DNA of 64,000 nt from Betaproteobacteria bacterium. GTDB taxonomy: Bacteria; Pseudomonadota; Gammaproteobacteria; Burkholderiales; SG8-39. Shown here one piece after another: positions 8,631-20,017 of this stretch (positions are counted from its first letter, which is position 1; every line of letters starts with the position of its first letter). The notes under the pieces were generated by a model. That model was given only the letters and a program-made list of their open reading frames with translations. It did no database searches and was not told where the DNA came from. The stretch lies in the NCBI GenBank assembly GCA_947476535.1, contig CANJRC010000009.1:142-64141 (forward strand). Direction: 5' to 3'. The position numbers and the translations under genes are program-made.

Positions 8631-8780
8631 GTCTGCCCCCTTTTCTTCTTTCGCTTTTAGAACAAAGGGACTTTCCCCCCCTTGTTTCACCGTTTGGCGC
8701 TGGCGTCGACTCGCCAAACGGCGCAAGCTGTCCGAGTTAGCTTGTTCGTTACACAGCGAAACTTTACCTGAGGTGACTTC

Positions 8781-11708
<2,928 letters not shown>

Positions 11709-11911
11709 CCACCAGTGCGCGCAGGCCGCACGCCACTGCAAATAATGTGGCGCCCACCGGAAGATAGCGTACGCCAGCGGCGAGGCAGGCCATTTATTGA
11801 AGTGGCTGAGTGATCGTTGATCGAAGTGCCGATCGCGGCATCCAAGATGCTTCAACTTTCGACGGGATACTTGCTGAATTTCCGACGGCAGCCTCGACGC
11901 GCCAACATCAC

Positions 11912-11938
11912 TCAAGATCGGTTCCCACCCGCCGTTAA
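11912..11938 (+). promoter_or_regulatory. candidate FliA (sigma-28)-type promoter directly in front of the EAL-HDOD gene
   Basis: TCAAGATC-N11-GCCGTTAA. The -10 box matches GCCGATAA at 7 of 8 positions. The box ends 7 nt before the ATG at 11946, and no Shine-Dalgarno box is present. Confidence 0.35.
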
Positions 11939-11945
11939 CGCGTAG

Positions 11946-13193
11946 ATGGAACTTCGGACGCAGGACATCTTCATCGGCCGCCAGCCGATTCTGGACCGCG
12001 GCCAGCAGTTGTACGCCTACGAACTGCTGTTTCGCTCCGGCCACACCAACGGCACCGTCATCACCGACGACCTGTCCGCCACCGCCACAGTGCTCAGCCA
12101 CGTGTTCTCCGAACTTGGCATCGAGGCCGCGCTCGGCCCATATCTTGGCTTCGTCAATCTGGATGCCAGGATGCTGATGAGCGACGCGCTGGAGCTGTTG
12201 CCGCGCGGAAAATTCGTGCTGGAGGCGCTAGAAACCGTCGAGATCACCCCGCAGATCACGCGGCGCTGCCGCGACCTCAAGGACATGGGCTTCCAACTGG
12301 CGCTGGACGATTTCATTGCCTTCGAGGAAAAGCACCGCCCGCTGCTGGAGATGGCCGACATCGTCAAGGTGGACGTCATGGGCATGGACATCGCGCGCCT
12401 GCGCACGCTCGTCGCGACACTGCGCCAATGGCCAGTCAGGCTGCTGGCGGAAAAAGTCGACCACCACGCGCAGGTGGGGCTTTGCCTGGATCTCGGCTTC
12501 GAATATTTCCAGGGCTACCATTTCGCCAGGCCGACGGTGATCGCGGGCAAGAAACTGTCGCAATCCGAACTCAGCCTGAATCGCCAGCACGGGCTGGTGC
12601 TCGAGGACTCCGACCCGCGCATGCTCGAGGCGGCCTTCAAATCGGAGCCTGGCCTGACGCTCAACCTGTTGCGGCTGACCAATTCGGCCGCCAGCGGCGT
12701 GCGACGCAGGATCACCTCGGTGCATCAGGCCATTGCCGTGCTCGGCCGGCGCCAGTTGCAGCGCTGGCTGCAGCTGCTGGCCTACGCCGATACCTCCCAT
12801 AGCGGCGGACACAACAGCCCGCTGCTGCAGCTCGCCGCCTCGCGCGGCCGCTTCATGGAACTGCTCGCAGCCTGCCTGCCAGGGGTTGATCGCGACCAGG
12901 AGGACCGGGCCTTCATGGCCGGAATCCTCTCGCTCATGCCGGTGCTGCTGCAGGTACCCATGCTCCAGATCACCGCGACCCTGAACATCGTGCCCGACGT
13001 GCGCGCGGCGCTTGAAACGCGAGAAGGCGTCCTGGGCGCGATCCTCGACCTGTGCGAAGCGGTGGAGAACAACGATGCGAGCGGCGCCGCCGCCTGCGTA
13101 GCCAGACTGCCCGGCATCACTTCCGAGCACGTAAACACGGCGTTGATGCGCGCCATGGCCTGGACCAACGATCTGGAACGGGAGGCCGCGTAG
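11946..13193 (+). CDS. EAL + HDOD domain c-di-GMP-related signalling protein
   Basis: 415 aa. Has RQPILDRGQQLYAYELLFR, LALDDF, KVD and QGY boxes, then an HDOD-type C-terminal half. Confidence 0.8.
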   Translation: MELRTQDIFIGRQPILDRGQQLYAYELLFRSGHTNGTVITDDLSATATVLSHVFSELGIEAALGPYLGFVNLDARMLMSDALELLPRGKFVLEALETVEITPQITRRCRDLKDMGFQLALDDFIAFEEKHRPLLEMADIVKVDVMGMDIARLRTLVATLRQWPVRLLAEKVDHHAQVGLCLDLGFEYFQGYHFARPTVIAGKKLSQSELSLNRQHGLVLEDSDPRMLEAAFKSEPGLTLNLLRLTNSAASGVRRRITSVHQAIAVLGRRQLQRWLQLLAYADTSHSGGHNSPLLQLAASRGRFMELLAACLPGVDRDQEDRAFMAGILSLMPVLLQVPMLQITATLNIVPDVRAALETREGVLGAILDLCEAVENNDASGAAACVARLPGITSEHVNTALMRAMAWTNDLEREAA

Positions 13194-13287
13194 GGCGCAG
13201 CCTGGGGGCAGCTCAAGAATGCCGCGATGCGGTCGAGAACTGTCCAGGCGCCATGAACACTCCGTGGCGCTCCATGAGGAATTGCCA

Positions 13288-13987
13288 ATGAACGAAGCCC
13301 CTTCAGCAGCAACCGACACGCCGCATCACAGCGCTGAATTGCTCGTGCGCCAACTGCCGATCCCGCCCTGCCCCGCGATCATCGCGCAGTTTTCCGCCGA
13401 GATGAACCAGGACGCACCCAGCCTGCAGCGGCTGGCCGCCATCATCGGCAAGGACGTTGCGCTCGCCGGCGCCACGCTCGCCACCGTCAACTCGCCCTTC
13501 TACGGCCTGGCCCGCAAGGCGCGCAATATCCAGGATGCGCTGGCGCTGCTGGGCGTGCGGGCGGTGGCCAACCTCACCGCCGGGCTGTTGCTGCGCAAGG
13601 CATTTCCCGCCGCTCCAGGGGCGCCCCTCGAGCGCCTGCTCAACGAAGCAGCCGCGCTGGCGGAGACCGCCGCCCAGATCGCCGCGCATGTGCCGGTGAT
13701 CCAGCGCGATGAAGCGCAGACCTATGCGCTGTTTCGCGACTGCGGCAAGGCCGTGATGATTGCGAAATTCACCGATCTACGCCGCCGTGGCCGCCGGTCG
13801 CCGCGGCACGGAGCCCGTCAATCGGCGGCTGGTCGCATTCGGCCTGCTGGTGGAGCAGGTGATCTCGATTCGCGCCGGTGGCGGGCTGTGCGTCGAATGG
13901 GCGGACAACGAGGCGTTCGTGCTGGCGAGTCTCAAGCTTGACCCCGAGGACATCCTGGCACTCTGCGAGGCACCGGTCGAGGCCTGA
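13288..13987 (+). pseudogene. HDOD-domain gene with an apparent frameshift near 13775-13785
   Basis: Frame 1 reads as HDOD-like up to ...ALFRDCGKAVMIAKFTD, then becomes an Arg-rich tail. The next frame continues plausibly (IYAAVAAG...LDPEDILALCEAPVEA) to the stop at 13987. Confidence 0.5.
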
Positions 13988-14061
13988 CCAATAGCCGCCT
14001 CACCGGTCAGGCCTTGACTCATGTGGGGGTGGGCCGGCTCACGCCGCGCACACTGCCTATT

Positions 14062-14148
14062 CTAGGACATAAAATACTGCCACTTAAATACAATAGTCAC
14101 TGTACTACCTAATAAAACCAGATAAATACTGCCAATACTTAATCCCAT
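14062..14148 (-). CDS. candidate 28-aa hydrophobic small protein (MGLSIGSIYLVLLGSTVTIVFKWQYFMS)
   Basis: An ATG...TAG frame fills the AT-rich islet between convergent genes and predicts a single transmembrane-like segment. There is no Shine-Dalgarno box. It is too short to appear in the ORF track. Confidence 0.3.
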   Translation of the reverse strand: MGLSIGSIYLVLLGSTVTIVFKWQYFMS

Positions 14149-14173
14149 TGGGTGGCCGTTATCGGCGCGCACT

Positions 14174-16123
14174 TCAGATGCGCACCACCTTGTTCTTGCC
14201 GGTGCCCTTGGCCTGGTAGAGCGCCGTATCGGCGCGCGTCACCGCCAGCGCCTGCGGCTCGTAGGAGAACCGCTCGGTTACCCCGGCGCTGAAAGTGATG
14301 AGCAGGCGTTCATTGTTCTGCAGGAAGAAATTGCGCGTCAGTTGCCGCTGCACGCGCGTCATGATCTCCACCGCGATGCCGATTGCCGTCTGCGGCAGCA
14401 CCACGACGAACTCCTCGCCGCCGTAGCGCGCCACGATGTCGGTGGGGCGGACCGTGCCCCGGATGATCTCGGCAAGGTGTTGCAGCGCACGGTCCCCCAC
14501 ATCATGCCCATGCGTGTCATTTAGCGACTTGAAATTGTCGACATCGAGCAGCGCCACGCACAACGGGTTGCCATCGCGATCGCTGCGCGCGCTCTCGATA
14601 GTGAAGGCCTCGTTCAGGCCGCGGCGATTGAGAACGCCGGTCAGCTGGTCGGATTTAAGCAGGTTCGACACGTCCACCAGTTCGCTCTCCAGGCGCATGA
14701 TCTGCCCCTCGTAGTCCGTGGCGCGCTGGCGCGCCTGCTGCAGCTCCTCGCGCGCGCGCAGCATCTCCGCCTGCACCGCGCGCGTGTCCTCGAGCAGCCC
14801 CTTGATGATGGCGGGCAGCTGCGACAGGTCGTCGACCATTTCGATGCGCTCGGCATAAGTCTGCACCTTGGCCTGGTAACCGCCGGTGGTGTCCGACATC
14901 GTGCCCAGGCGCTCGATGAAGCTGGCCAGCATGTCCTTCAGGGCCGCCTTGGCCTCGTCCAGGCTCTTGCGGATGCTGCTCTGGCGGGCGATCACATCGC
15001 GAAACGCCTGCTCAGCCTCCATGAGGCCGCGCGCATCCAGCGGCTCTTCGATGAGGCAGCGCAGGCGCTCGACCTGCCCGCGCACCCAGCGCTCGTCGGG
15101 CACCAGCTCCTCGATGTTGCCGACGATCAGGTTCAACAGGGATAGCAGCCCCTGGACTGTCTCGCGCTGGCTGCCCTGCGCCTGTTCGATCTGGCGCAGC
15201 AACTCCCGGATGGCCGGGGCAATCTGCACGAACTCCGCGGTGCCCCTGGCCGATTGCAGGCGCGCGATCAAGACCTGTCCGCGCGTCACCAATCGTTCAT
15301 CGCCACTCTGGCCGTCACCGATCACCAGCTTCATCAGCTCGGCGGAGAGGTCTCGCAACAGCATATAGGCTTCGCTATCCGCTGCAGGCGCAGCGACGCT
15401 ATTGAATGCCGATGCGGCACCATCCGCCGCCGCAAGTTCCGGTTCAAGCACTGTCGCCGGGACCGCTTCCGCCACGCCGGTTCCCGCCAGCGCGACGCTG
15501 GCCAATGCCGGTGTCACGGCTTCGATCGAATTCGATACTGATATTGCAGGCACAGCCAGCGCGGCCTCATCGCCAACCGGATCGACCAGTGCCACGTCGG
15601 AAGTCCCTTGGGTGCGACGCTCCGACCAGGCCTTGACCAGCGAGCCTAGCTTCGTCGCCAGCTTTTCTGCATCCGCGCCAAACGCCGTCAGCACATGCTC
15701 CACGCTTTCGCGTTTGCGCGCCTGCGTCCACTCCGGCTGGCGCGCATCCCACTGGCGCAACAGCTCGCGCGTCAGCTTCGCCCACTCCGGCCGCGCCTGG
15801 CTTCGCAACGGGTTCGCCTTTGCTGTCGCCTCCGGGTCGCACAAGGCAATGAGCGCGCTGCGCGCCTGGTCGACGTTTCGCGCCACCAGCGCCTTCTCCA
15901 GCGGCGCGAGCGGCAGCTTGGCCGGCGCCTTGCCCAGCTCGAGGCACAGCTGGCGCAGCCAATGCAAGACCGATGCAGGCTCGGTCGCGCCGCTACCGGA
16001 AAGCTCCCCATAGACCTCGGCGTAGTTCTCCGGTGTCGGCGACAGCTTGCGCACCGCCAATTGCCGGATGGTTTCGCGCGCCACGTCCGGAGGGCTGCGC
16101 AGTGCCACCCCCGCCGTACTCAT
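14174..16123 (-). CDS. diguanylate cyclase (GGDEF) with a long helical N-terminal region
   Basis: 649 aa. C-terminal GGDEF domain with GGEEF and an RxxD site at PleD-like spacing (RPTDIVARYGGEEF). Confidence 0.85.
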   Translation of the reverse strand: MSTAGVALRSPPDVARETIRQLAVRKLSPTPENYAEVYGELSGSGATEPASVLHWLRQLCLELGKAPAKLPLAPLEKALVARNVDQARSALIALCDPEATAKANPLRSQARPEWAKLTRELLRQWDARQPEWTQARKRESVEHVLTAFGADAEKLATKLGSLVKAWSERRTQGTSDVALVDPVGDEAALAVPAISVSNSIEAVTPALASVALAGTGVAEAVPATVLEPELAAADGAASAFNSVAAPAADSEAYMLLRDLSAELMKLVIGDGQSGDERLVTRGQVLIARLQSARGTAEFVQIAPAIRELLRQIEQAQGSQRETVQGLLSLLNLIVGNIEELVPDERWVRGQVERLRCLIEEPLDARGLMEAEQAFRDVIARQSSIRKSLDEAKAALKDMLASFIERLGTMSDTTGGYQAKVQTYAERIEMVDDLSQLPAIIKGLLEDTRAVQAEMLRAREELQQARQRATDYEGQIMRLESELVDVSNLLKSDQLTGVLNRRGLNEAFTIESARSDRDGNPLCVALLDVDNFKSLNDTHGHDVGDRALQHLAEIIRGTVRPTDIVARYGGEEFVVVLPQTAIGIAVEIMTRVQRQLTRNFFLQNNERLLITFSAGVTERFSYEPQALAVTRADTALYQAKGTGKNKVVRI

Positions 16124-16225
16124 GCACGCGTCCCGTCGACATACATGCAGACCCGTGCGTCCAGTCCCTTGTTACCGTTCCCGATTGCCACTGCCCCGCG
16201 CTCCATGTCCGATGTCCTCATCGCA

Positions 16226-18445
16226 TCACACCATCGCTACCGCAGCCGCCCCGGACTTGCGACCGGCGGCCTCGAACAGATGGATGACGCGATTGCCGCC
16301 TTCCGGGCAGGTCCACAGTGCCGGGTGGCCATCGGTGCCATTGCGCCGCAACATGACTTCGAACTCTGCAGCCGGGCAGGGTCGGCTGAACAGGTAGCCC
16401 TGCATGAGGCTCGCACCGAACATGTTGAGGAACGACATCTGCGCTTCCGTCTCGACGCCCTCGGCCACCACGCTCATGTTCAGGCTGCGCGCCAGGCCGA
16501 TGATCGCCGACACGATCACTTCGTCGTCCGAATCCACCGCGATGTCCTTCACGAAGGAGCGGTCGATCTTCAGCGTGTTGATGGGCAGGCGCTTCAGGTA
16601 GGCGAGCGAGGAGTAACCGGTTCCGAAGTCGTCGATGGAGATGCGCACCCCCATTTCGCGCAGCTCGCCCAGCGAACGCATGGTTCGCTCCACGGCTTTC
16701 ATGACCACGGTCTCGGTGATTTCGATGTAGAGGTGCTCCGGCCGCAGGCCGCCTCCCGCCAGGCTCTTTTCAATCATCTTGGTCAGGTCCGGCTGCTGGA
16801 AATGGCTGCCCGGCATGTTCACCGACACGTAGATCGGGTCGAGCCCCTGCGCGTGCCAGGCGCCGAGTTGCTTCGACGCGGTTTCGATGGCCCACTCGCC
16901 CATGGGAATGATCAGGCCGTTTTCCTCCGCGATGGGAATGAAGTGATTCGGCGGCACCAGCGTGTCGCCGCGCTGCCAGCGCATGAGCACCTCGCAGCCG
17001 ACCATCTTGCCGTTGCGCACGTTGACGATGGGCTGGTAGTGCAGGCGCAGCTCGTCGCGATCGAGTGCCTTGCGCAGGTCGGCTTCCAGCCGGAACCGCT
17101 CCAGGCTGCGCGAATCGAGCGAGGGCGAGTACGAGGTATGGCCGTTGCGTCCCTGCGCCTTGGCTTCATACATGGCCGCGTCGGCGCGCATCAGGAGGGT
17201 CTCGGTATCCTGCCCGTCTGCGGGGAAGTTGGCCATGCCGATCGAGGCGCTGACCCAGATTTCATGGCCCTCGATTTCGATCGGATCCTTAAGCGATGCA
17301 AGCATGCGCTCGGCCACCTTGGTCGCGTCCGCAGCCGACTTCAATCCAGTCAGCAAGGCGATGAACTCGTCCCCCCCGAGGCGGGCGACGCTGGCGATCG
17401 ACTCCGCCTCGCCGGAACGCGTGATGGAATCGGCGCCGCGCACGCAGCGGTTCAGGCGCGCCGCCACCTGCCGAAGCAGGATGTCGCCGATGCCGTGCCC
17501 CAGCGTGTCGTTGACGACCTTGAAACGGTCCAGGTCGATGAAGAGCACCGCCAGGAACGCTTCCTCGTCGCGCGCCCGGGCCAGTGCACGCTCGAAGCGG
17601 TCGCGAAACAGGTTGCGGTTGGGCAATCCGGTCAAGCCGTCGAAGTTGGCCAACCGGTTGAGTTCCCGCTCCGCATGCCTGCGGTCGGTGATGTCCTGGA
17701 TGATGCCCAGCACCACGTCGATGCCGCCCGGCACGCTGGCCGCCACTTCCGCTTCCACGTGCAGCGCCTGCACGCCGGCGTGAGCCGCCTCCACGTCGAA
17801 TTCCCCGTGGAAGGTCCCGCTCTTGCGCAACTCCGAATACACGCGCCGTTCGAACTCCGAGCATCCCAGTCCGGTGGCCCGGCGGATGAAGTCAGCCTCC
17901 GGCACCTCGGCGTCCCTGGAGCCGAGCCCGAGGATGCGCAGGCACTCCCCCGAGCCGAAAACGATCCCCTCGCCGCGCTTCCATTCCCAGCTTCCGACGC
18001 GCGCGAGCTGCTGTGCCTTGGCCAGAATGCTCCGGCTCTTGGCCAGTTCCTCGCGCATGCGGCTCGAGCGCAGCAGGTAGCGCACCCGCTGTGCCAGCAT
18101 GGTCAACTGCGAGGATTTCAGGAAGAAATCGGTCGCCCCGGCCTCGTAGGCCCGGTTGACCGAGTCCTCGTCCGACAGCGAAGTGAGCATCAGCACCGGC
18201 ACGTGCTCGCCTTCGGACATGGCGCGCAATTCGCCGCACGTGGCAAACCCGTCCTTCCTGGGCATCATGCAATCGAGCAGGACGATGTCCGGGCGGTGCG
18301 TCTGGAACAGCTGCAATGCGGCGTCGCCGCCATCGGCCTCAACCACCGAGAACCCGTGGCGCTCGAGGGTTCCGCGCAACATCACCCGCGTGACTAGGTC
18401 GTCGTCCACAAGGAGTATGCGTTCGCCCGATTCGCTGTTTTTCAT
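16226..18445 (-). CDS. REC-PAS-GGDEF-EAL c-di-GMP turnover protein
   Basis: Start taken at MKNSESGERILLVDDD (18445). Has receiver D in VLLDCMMP, plus GGDEF, EVLMR, DDFGTGYSS, KIDRSF, EGVE and QGYLFSRP boxes. Confidence 0.85.
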   Translation of the reverse strand: MKNSESGERILLVDDDLVTRVMLRGTLERHGFSVVEADGGDAALQLFQTHRPDIVLLDCMMPRKDGFATCGELRAMSEGEHVPVLMLTSLSDEDSVNRAYEAGATDFFLKSSQLTMLAQRVRYLLRSSRMREELAKSRSILAKAQQLARVGSWEWKRGEGIVFGSGECLRILGLGSRDAEVPEADFIRRATGLGCSEFERRVYSELRKSGTFHGEFDVEAAHAGVQALHVEAEVAASVPGGIDVVLGIIQDITDRRHAERELNRLANFDGLTGLPNRNLFRDRFERALARARDEEAFLAVLFIDLDRFKVVNDTLGHGIGDILLRQVAARLNRCVRGADSITRSGEAESIASVARLGGDEFIALLTGLKSAADATKVAERMLASLKDPIEIEGHEIWVSASIGMANFPADGQDTETLLMRADAAMYEAKAQGRNGHTSYSPSLDSRSLERFRLEADLRKALDRDELRLHYQPIVNVRNGKMVGCEVLMRWQRGDTLVPPNHFIPIAEENGLIIPMGEWAIETASKQLGAWHAQGLDPIYVSVNMPGSHFQQPDLTKMIEKSLAGGGLRPEHLYIEITETVVMKAVERTMRSLGELREMGVRISIDDFGTGYSSLAYLKRLPINTLKIDRSFVKDIAVDSDDEVIVSAIIGLARSLNMSVVAEGVETEAQMSFLNMFGASLMQGYLFSRPCPAAEFEVMLRRNGTDGHPALWTCPEGGNRVIHLFEAAGRKSGAAAVAMV

Positions 18446-18516
18446 TGTCCCACCACGCAGCAGATTGAATGGCTTGTGCGCTGGTGCACCACTTGCCACC
18501 CGCGCCTCCACGCTGC

Positions 18517-18543
18517 ATATCGGCAAGTTGAGCGCAAGCTTTA
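18517..18543 (-). promoter_or_regulatory. FliA (sigma-28)-type promoter upstream of the REC-PAS-GGDEF-EAL gene
   Basis: The minus strand reads TAAAGCTT-N11-GCCGATAT, matching the consensus TAAAGTTT-N11-GCCGATAA at 7 of 8 positions in each box. It lies about 70 nt upstream of the ATG at 18445. Confidence 0.6.
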
Positions 18544-18702
18544 GGTCGCTTTTGAAACAGGGCGACACAGCCCCGCCTCACCTCCTGTTTCGAGGGGCGG
18601 TTCAAAACCCGCCACGGTTGCCTTCGCTCAGGGAGGCCTTCACGGAGGCGTCGTGCCGCGAGGCGGGCAGCCGCATGGCCTGCAGCGCATCGGTGCCCAG
18701 GC

Positions 18703-19911
18703 TCACAATAAATCGAACAAATTCTTCCCAACCATGTTCACAAAAGCCTTTTGTGTCGCCTGCGACATGGTCTGCAGGCGCGTCAGGTCGCTGATGGCCT
18801 TGGTGTAATCGACGTCCAGCAGGTCGGACAATTCGGTCTGGTATTGCAGGTCGCGACCGTCGGCGAGCGACTTCAGCGAATCCAGTTCCCGCAACCCGGC
18901 CCCGGCATTGCTGCGCGCAAGCGAGGTACTGTCCATGGCACGATCAATGCCGGCAACGGCGTTCGAGATTCCCATTTGCTGCTGCGCCCTGGCCGCAGGC
19001 GCACCGGCAGGTTTCTGCAATGCCTTGACCGCGCTGGCAATGGTCGAGAAAACACTCTTCATGACGCTGGGTGTAATCGTGAAGCCATCGCCGTCGGCCG
19101 GCATGCCATTGATTTGCGTCTGCATCCCGGCAATCGTGACAAGCCCGTCCGGCGTGTAGGCATTGCCGCTGGTGACCGTGCTCCCCAGCGTGGTGTCGTT
19201 CACGTCGTAAGTCGTCACGCCAAGGTTGACGTGGAAGACGATCTGGTAGGCGTGCCCGTTCAAGAGGTTCGCATCGATGACCTGGCCGCCCTCGATCACG
19301 GCCGAACCCAGATTGATCGCCTGCCCGGCCGTCTCGAAGATGCCGTTGCCCGTTCGCACCCGCTCGAAGATGTCGGCGCCGCTGGCCCCCACCTGCAGGG
19401 AGCGCCCATCACTGACCTGCAATTGACGCGCCCCCTGATCACCCTGAAATGCGATACCGGCCGCGGATTTCGCGAAGGCGGGGACGCCCTCCTGAAAGCC
19501 AGCGAAGATGTACGCGCCATTGGCATCCCGGGCGTTGGCGAGCGACATCAGGTAGTCGCTGCGCGAAGTCAAATCCGCGGCAATGTTGGCGCGCTCCAGG
19601 TCCGAGTAGGCACCATTGCCCGCCTGGATCAGCAATGCCCGCACATCCTGCAGTGCATCGGAGAACTGGCCCAGCGTCGATTCGACCTGCGTCAGGCTGG
19701 TGCGTGCCGCGTCCTGGTTGGCCATGTACCGGGTGTTGCGCGCGGCCCCGCTGCTCACCTCGACTGCACGGGCCGCGGCGGCCGGGTCGTCGGCAGCGCT
19801 GACCACGCGCCTGCCAGTGGACAGTTGCTGCTGGGTTTTTAGCAGCTCGGCCTGCTGGCGATTGATGGTCGTGACCCCGAGTTCGAACGCCATGGATGTG
19901 CTTACGCGCAT
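18703..19911 (-). CDS. flgL: flagellar hook-associated protein 3 FlgL
   Basis: Start at MRVSTSMAFE. Flagellin-like N- and C-termini. Follows flgK. Confidence 0.85.
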   Translation of the reverse strand: MRVSTSMAFELGVTTINRQQAELLKTQQQLSTGRRVVSAADDPAAAARAVEVSSGAARNTRYMANQDAARTSLTQVESTLGQFSDALQDVRALLIQAGNGAYSDLERANIAADLTSRSDYLMSLANARDANGAYIFAGFQEGVPAFAKSAAGIAFQGDQGARQLQVSDGRSLQVGASGADIFERVRTGNGIFETAGQAINLGSAVIEGGQVIDANLLNGHAYQIVFHVNLGVTTYDVNDTTLGSTVTSGNAYTPDGLVTIAGMQTQINGMPADGDGFTITPSVMKSVFSTIASAVKALQKPAGAPAARAQQQMGISNAVAGIDRAMDSTSLARSNAGAGLRELDSLKSLADGRDLQYQTELSDLLDVDYTKAISDLTRLQTMSQATQKAFVNMVGKNLFDLL

Positions 19912-20017
19912 GACAGCCCTTTCGATGGAGGCATGCGGCAACGCCGCGAGCCGGTGGAATAACCACGGCCGGCCTGCGGCCAGCCAATGCGCACTGCTGC
20001 CTGTCTTAGCGATTGCA

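Noticed and set aside
12228-13319. 363-aa minus-strand ORF opposite EAL-HDOD
   Set aside because: The plus strand carries the EAL and HDOD signatures. The antisense translation is low-complexity.
13981-14012. 9-bp stem hairpin GGCCTGACC-N14-GGTCAGGCC at the end of the HDOD gene, considered as a terminator
   Set aside because: Neither strand has a U-tract, and the hairpin overlaps the gene's last codons. It may still stabilise an mRNA 3' end, but I do not call it a terminator.
15695-18397. 900-aa plus-strand ORF
   Set aside because: It runs antisense to the well-supported GGDEF and REC-PAS-GGDEF-EAL genes. Its composition is Arg/Ala/His-rich, typical of a shadow ORF in GC-rich DNA, and it has no recognisable domains.
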